DNA of 63,440 bases, filler included, from Octopus bimaculoides (lineage: Eukaryota): the NCBI RefSeq assembly GCF_001194135.2. It is 5 parts of 5 records of this genome, joined end to end, with 100 filler letters (N's around TTAATTAATTAA, not from the genome) between each part and the next. Parts side by side here need not be neighbours in the genome. Positions count along the whole stretch, not along the records: positions 62,052 to 63,440 come from NW_026415114.1; 4 more parts are not named here. One strand, written 5' to 3'. Every line of letters begins with the position of its first letter. Position 1 is the stretch's first letter. This document shows, piece after piece, positions 61,952 through 63,440 of this stretch. A model generated the notes under the pieces. The model worked only from the letters and a program-made list of their open reading frames with translations, was not told the origin of the DNA and ran no database searches. The position numbers were made by a program, and so were the translations under genes.

Positions 61952-62489
61952 NNNNNNNNNNNNNNNNNNNNNNNNNNNNNNNNNNNNNNNNNNNNTTAAT
62001 TAATTAANNNNNNNNNNNNNNNNNNNNNNNNNNNNNNNNNNNNNNNNNNNNTTGTGCAAAACAACTTTTTGCGCTGCCCTTATTATACATAGCAGGGTAA
62101 TATCCCTTTCCACAGGATCTAGGACTGCAATTTGTGAAAAGCAATTGCTGGCGATCTGTTACTACACAGTTTTGCCAGAATTCTATCAGATTGGGCAGAA
62201 GATGTTGATGCACCATTTTGCATTATGTTCAAAGTTGCTTCTGGAATGTGGTGAATTGCTGCTGTCTGTTGCTGTCATTTTAAACCGGTTGCAGTTTTTC
62301 CCCAGCAAACTCTCTTCTTTGGAAGCATAATCTATGTATATATTAAACAGAACAACAAAAGTTATAATAGATGGCAGGGTTGCTACTTTTCACATATCTG
62401 TAATTTTTCAGATTAACACCCGCACGATTACCCAGCACTAATCCTAAAACCCTAACCCTGACACTAATCCTAACACCCTAGCTGTCTGG

Positions 62490-62790
62490 CTTTTGTGCCG
62501 GTAGCACGTAAATATCACCATTTGAGCATGACCGTTACCAACATCGCCTTCCTGGCACGTGAAAAGTCAGTCGAGCGAGTTCGTTGCCAGTATCCGCTGA
62601 GTGACCTTCGTGCCAGTGGCACGTAAAAGCACCTACTACACTCTTTGAGTGGTCGGCGTTAGGAAGGGCATCCAGCTGTAGAAACTCTGCCAAATCAGAT
62701 TGGAGCCTGGTGTAGCCATCTGTTTTCACCAGTCCTCAGTCAAATCGTCCAACCCATGCTAGCATGGAAAGCGGATGTTAAACGATGATG
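62490..62790 (+). mobile_element. Meta-like SINE
   Basis: AGGAAGGGCATCCAGCTGTAGAAAC...GTTAAACGATGATGATGA. Confidence 0.75.
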
Positions 62791-62819
62791 ATGATATATA
62801 TATATAAATAAATATAGAA

Positions 62820-63440
62820 CAACACATAAGTGTACTTCTTATGGGAGACTTCAATCTGCCCAATGTCAGATAGTACTCCAACCAACCAGGGCAAGTAACA
62901 TACTGGATCTCTGCGTCACTAATAATATGGATCTCATCCATGTGAAAGTGACACAGACGCTACTCTTGGATCACAACATGGTAGAGCTGACCATAGGAAA
63001 CCATGGACATGCAGCCTACAAGAAACTCTTAGAATCTTTCCAATTTGAACTTCCATAAGGCAAACTGGAAACAAATTGAGAAAGAGATCCTCAAACAAAA
63101 CTGGCCTAAATGTCTCCTCACCGGACATCGACATGAAACTTAAACAATTCATGTCTGTAATGCAAGCCATATGCTACAAATGTGTCCCGGAGAGAAAGGC
63201 CACTGTACACAAGAACAAAATCCCCAGGGAGAGGAAAATCCTTATGAGACAGCGTACAAACGTTTCAAATCGCCTAAACAAACATATTGAAAGCAGTGAA
63301 AAGTCCCACCTGAAAATACAACTGCTGGAGATTGAAAAAAATCTGCAACTCTCCCATGAAAAAGAGCAGACAAAGAAGCCTGGGCTACAGCAATATAAAA
63401 TCTAACTCCAGAGCTTTCTACAAGTTTGCCAAAGAAACAG
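62820..63440 (+). mobile_element. CR1/L2-group LINE ORF2 fragment (APE C-terminus plus linker)
   Basis: LMGDFNLP, PTRASNILDLCVTN, LDHNMV, LNFHKANW; runs off the window end. Confidence 0.75.

Noticed and set aside
62052-62330. Non-repetitive stretch with short ORFs on both strands (CGKGYYP)
   Set aside because: No consistent frame, splice pair or domain motif; flanked by a gap.

Overview
AT-rich, repeat-dense animal genomic DNA. The SINE families and microsatellite load suggest an octopus/cephalopod (inference). There are many N gaps and four artificial TTAATTAATTAA join linkers. No bacterial-type genes, rRNA, genuine tRNA or CRISPR array. Positions 1-36000 are a stack of decayed elements: a Helitron with both ends recognisable, an intron in Rep and an inserted ORF1-only Tx1-related element; a Gmr1-type Gypsy element (gag-PR-IN-RT-RH, tRNA-Pro PBS); Penelope-like elements with candidate hammerhead ribozymes; mariner remnants; an R4/Dong LINE; a Tx1 LINE split into two oppositely oriented halves; and palindromic MITEs. 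The main result is invisible in the ORF track. Between 37708 and 56033 the minus strand carries at least 9 leucine-rich-repeat exons: one LRR per 72-nt exon (one is 69 nt), all phase 2-2, and always rebuilding Leu at the junctions between them. They sit in tandemly duplicated exon+intron modules separated by (GAA)n tracts, with dead and exon-less copies among them. The right end holds SINE clusters and RTE, CR1-group and Helitron fragments. All calls are from manual reading; no searches were run.
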